Part shown: positions 50,892-53,553 of the stretch, one piece after another | Position numbering within the stretch: position 1 is the stretch's first letter | Layout of the letters: the number at the start of each line of letters is the position of its first letter | Assembly (NCBI GenBank): GCA_021731295.1 | Contig: JAKFXQ010000024.1 | Span: forward strand, 1-53,553 | Direction of reading: 5' to 3' | Length of the DNA: 53,553 nucleotides | Source: Patescibacteria group bacterium | Lineage (GTDB): Bacteria > Patescibacteriota > Minisyncoccia > Phycocordibacterales > UBA2100 | The notes under the pieces: model-generated | The model's input: only the letters and a program-made list of their open reading frames with translations | Told to the model about the DNA's origin: nothing | Databases searched by the model: none | Program-made: the position numbers and the translations under genes

Positions 50892-52262
50892 TTAGGAGAT
50901 GCGGGCGCGCAATTCAGAAATGGCGACGCGCTCCTGCTCCCCTGTGTCGCGATCGCGCACGGTGACCGTATCTTTCTTGTCCTCCCCTCCCTCACCGAGC
51001 GTATCGAAATCCACGGTGATGCAGACGGGTGTTCCTATCTCATCCTGCCGGCGGTATCGCTTGCCGATGTTGCCGTTGTCATCCCACATGATGTTCGGCA
51101 CTTCCTGCTTCAGAGCTTCATAGATACCACGTGCCTTCGCGACCAGTTCGGGTTTGTTCTTAAGCAGTGGAAAGACGGCTGCCTTCACGGGCGCGAGATG
51201 CTTCGGGAACTTCATAAATACGCGCGTCTCGCCACCGAGCTCGTCTTCCGCATACGCTTTCACGAGCACAGCGAGGACGTGTCGACCGAGACCGAACGTG
51301 GGTTCCAAAACATGCGGAATGAAGCGTGTGCCGTCTGGCGTAAGGTAGTGCAAATCTGCTCCCGAGTGCTCAATGTGGTTTTTCAGATCGAAGTCCGTGC
51401 GATATGCGAGACCGCCAATTTCATCGAACTTGTGGGGATACTTGAAATGGAAATCGATGGTGCGCTTGGAGTAGTGGGCGCGCTCGCCATCGGGGATTTC
51501 GACTTCGCGAATGTCGCCCTCCTCGAATCCGAGGCGCGCAAACCAGTCGTGCATCCCCTTCCTCCAGTATTCAAATCGTTCTGCCCACTCATTCTCTTCC
51601 ACAAAATACTCGAACTCCATGATTTCCAGTTCGCGGACGCGGAAGATGAAGTCGCGCGGTGCGATTTCATTGCGGAAGTTGCGACCAATCTGCGCGATAC
51701 CAAACGGCAACTTCGGGTGATATGAATCGAGGATGTTTTTGAAGTTCACAAACATACCCTGCGCAGTTTCAGGACGCATGTACACAGTGGTGTCGGACCC
51801 GTCAACAGAGCCAACGCTCGTCTTAAACATCATGTTGAATTGCTGCGGCGCAGAGAGCTCGTTCCCTTCTGGGCTCTTGATGCCCTTTTCTTTTATGAGC
51901 GCGGCCATTGCTTCAAGCGACATGCCGGTCGGGTTTTCGCCATTTTCTTCGAGCAGATGATCGGCACGATAACGCTTCTTTGTTTTCACATCGGAGACCA
52001 GTGGGTCATTGAACCCGCCTACGTGCCCAGAGGCTTCCCACACCCGAGGATTCATCAGGATGGCCGAGTCCAGTCCGTACATGTCATCACGCGACTCAAC
52101 GAACATCCGCCACCATAGATTCTCGATATTTTTCTTGAGTGCGAGCCCGAGCGGACCGTAATCCCACGTTCCGGCAAGCCCGCCATAGATTTCGGACCCT
52201 TGGTAGATGAAGCCGCGACGCTTCGTAAGGGACACCACTTTTTCCATGGATACGTCTGACAT
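50892..52262 (-). CDS. glyQS: Glycyl-tRNA synthetase, alpha2 type
   Basis: EIYGG..G.WDYGPLG, RPETAQG, FRNEI, R.HYS, IGKRYRRQDEIGTP. Confidence 0.97.
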   Translation of the reverse strand: MSDVSMEKVVSLTKRRGFIYQGSEIYGGLAGTWDYGPLGLALKKNIENLWWRMFVESRDDMYGLDSAILMNPRVWEASGHVGGFNDPLVSDVKTKKRYRADHLLEENGENPTGMSLEAMAALIKEKGIKSPEGNELSAPQQFNMMFKTSVGSVDGSDTTVYMRPETAQGMFVNFKNILDSYHPKLPFGIAQIGRNFRNEIAPRDFIFRVRELEIMEFEYFVEENEWAERFEYWRKGMHDWFARLGFEEGDIREVEIPDGERAHYSKRTIDFHFKYPHKFDEIGGLAYRTDFDLKNHIEHSGADLHYLTPDGTRFIPHVLEPTFGLGRHVLAVLVKAYAEDELGGETRVFMKFPKHLAPVKAAVFPLLKNKPELVAKARGIYEALKQEVPNIMWDDNGNIGKRYRRQDEIGTPVCITVDFDTLGEGGEDKKDTVTVRDRDTGEQERVAISELRARIS

Positions 52263-52311
52263 GGGGCTGAGTATTGCTTATTTCCCTCACACCGACAAGC
52301 GGGTTGAGAAG

Positions 52312-53553
52312 CTATTCAAGGACGACGCTGGCAGAGGCTGGCGTGAATCCAGGGTCACCCAATATGTTCGTCGAGACGTCAGCCGCGGTCTTAGAGACAA
52401 TCTCTCCTGTGGCAGAATCAGTACCGGTGAGGGTGATGCCACGCATCAGGGGCGGTTGTTGGCCTACCTGGGACGTAGATGGCGTGAAGCCGATAGAAAT
52501 GGCCGCATGTCGCGGAAGCGCCTCGCCCACGCCGACCCCCGGTGCAATTGAGCCTATGTTCCAGGTGAATGTGCTATCGGTAGGGTTGAACGTAACGCGC
52601 TCGCTCGAAGGCCCATAGACGCCGGTCCAACGCACATACGGCGGGAGGATTGCCTTAAGCGTCGCATTGCGAATCTCGCTCGTGGTGTTCGTGATTCTGA
52701 ACACGACGGCATACGTCGTCTCTGACCCTGCCTTCGGCGGCATCGGCCCTGTCGAACCGTAGGGATTAGTGTAGTACAAGCCATGCGCCATGAGCTCAAG
52801 GTCGGTCGCAAACTGAATGTCTTTGCTGGCACTTGCTTGCAAGGATTCCGGCACGCCGACTTCAGCAACACGCTTCCCCGCCGCATGCACGGTGATAGTT
52901 AACTTTGGATTGCGCAGGGCATTAATGACGTCACTCGAGGGAACTTGAAATGAGAAACTGACCGTATCGCGCGCACCGGGCGCAAGCGTTGCAAGATTCG
53001 GGTCGGTGGATTTATCCCAGAGCATACTGCGATCGACCGAGCGATAGAAGCCATCGGTAGATTTCACCGTCGTTCCATCTATATCAACACCGGAAAGGCG
53101 CGCAACGAGAATGGCGTCATTGATGACATTCGGGAGATTGTTGACGTAGGACACGGACACCGTAACTACTTCACCTGGGTCCACCGATGCGGCACCTTGA
53201 TTCTCCTGCCTGTTCACCGCAACGGACAAGTCGAGGAACGGGCGCGAGACATAGACACGATGTGCATAGTCGCTCAAGACAACCGACATACTTTGTTCAC
53301 TCATGCTCCGCCGCGTGCCTGACGTGAATCTGAATACGCGTTCATCACCCATCTCGCCGACCAAGGTCCCCCGCAGCACAATGGTCTTCTTTTGCCCCGG
53401 TACAAAATCTCCCAGTGTCCATAAATTCGGTGCGGCGTCGGACTGCTCCGGTTCAGCCGTTTCGAGCGTAAAGCCGAACGGCGATGAGATGGAGAACAGC
53501 ACGTCTTTAAGGGGCGCGTCCGCGTTCGAGGCAACCGTGACACGAAACTCTAC
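52312..53553 (-). CDS. Large beta-rich extracytoplasmic protein, 5'-truncated by window edge
   Basis: Ig/DUF11-like repeats, GPMPPKAG..TTY, W.IG.I..G; the frame appears to continue past the window end. Confidence 0.75.
   Translation of the reverse strand, partial: VEFRVTVASNADAPLKDVLFSISSPFGFTLETAEPEQSDAAPNLWTLGDFVPGQKKTIVLRGTLVGEMGDERVFRFTSGTRRSMSEQSMSVVLSDYAHRVYVSRPFLDLSVAVNRQENQGAASVDPGEVVTVSVSYVNNLPNVINDAILVARLSGVDIDGTTVKSTDGFYRSVDRSMLWDKSTDPNLATLAPGARDTVSFSFQVPSSDVINALRNPKLTITVHAAGKRVAEVGVPESLQASASKDIQFATDLELMAHGLYYTNPYGSTGPMPPKAGSETTYAVVFRITNTTSEIRNATLKAILPPYVRWTGVYGPSSERVTFNPTDSTFTWNIGSIAPGVGVGEALPRHAAISIGFTPSTSQVGQQPPLMRGITLTGTDSATGEIVSKTAADVSTNILGDPGFTPASASVVLE

Noticed and set aside
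50775-51725. Long antisense ORFs (316 aa opposite glyQS; also 44996-45775, 17588-18364, 44042-44737)
   Set aside because: Antisense to well-supported conserved genes; expected at this GC and codon bias

Overview
Chromosomal window, most likely from a Patescibacteria (CPR, Parcubacteria/OD1-like) genome. This is inferred from the split rRNA operon, OD1-type 16S variants, introns in 23S, alpha2-type GlyRS, no rplI after rpsF-ssb-rpsR and no rplKA before rplJL. It holds housekeeping genes (murA, secDF, folD, rodA, rplJL, ftsK, recA, efp, rpsF-ssb-rpsR, metG, glyQS), surface/glycosylation genes, small orphan ORFs, tRNA-Ile(GAT), a stand-alone 16S gene and a separate 23S-5S unit about 14.6 kb away. 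Most striking: (1) a 178-nt insertion in 23S at E. coli position 1931 with a recognisable group I P3-P7-P8-P9 core and terminal G, but only 8 nt where P4-P6 should be, plus a different 5' domain with two exon-complementary segments; (2) a T-box riboswitch with a probable Trp specifier upstream of a PrnB/IDO-like heme protein, an aldo-keto reductase and a TIGR04076-like protein; (3) a canonical 295-nt group I intron at 23S position 2262; (4) a degenerate anti-Shine-Dalgarno alongside many apparently leaderless core genes. All structures were paired by eye; no searches or folding programs were run.
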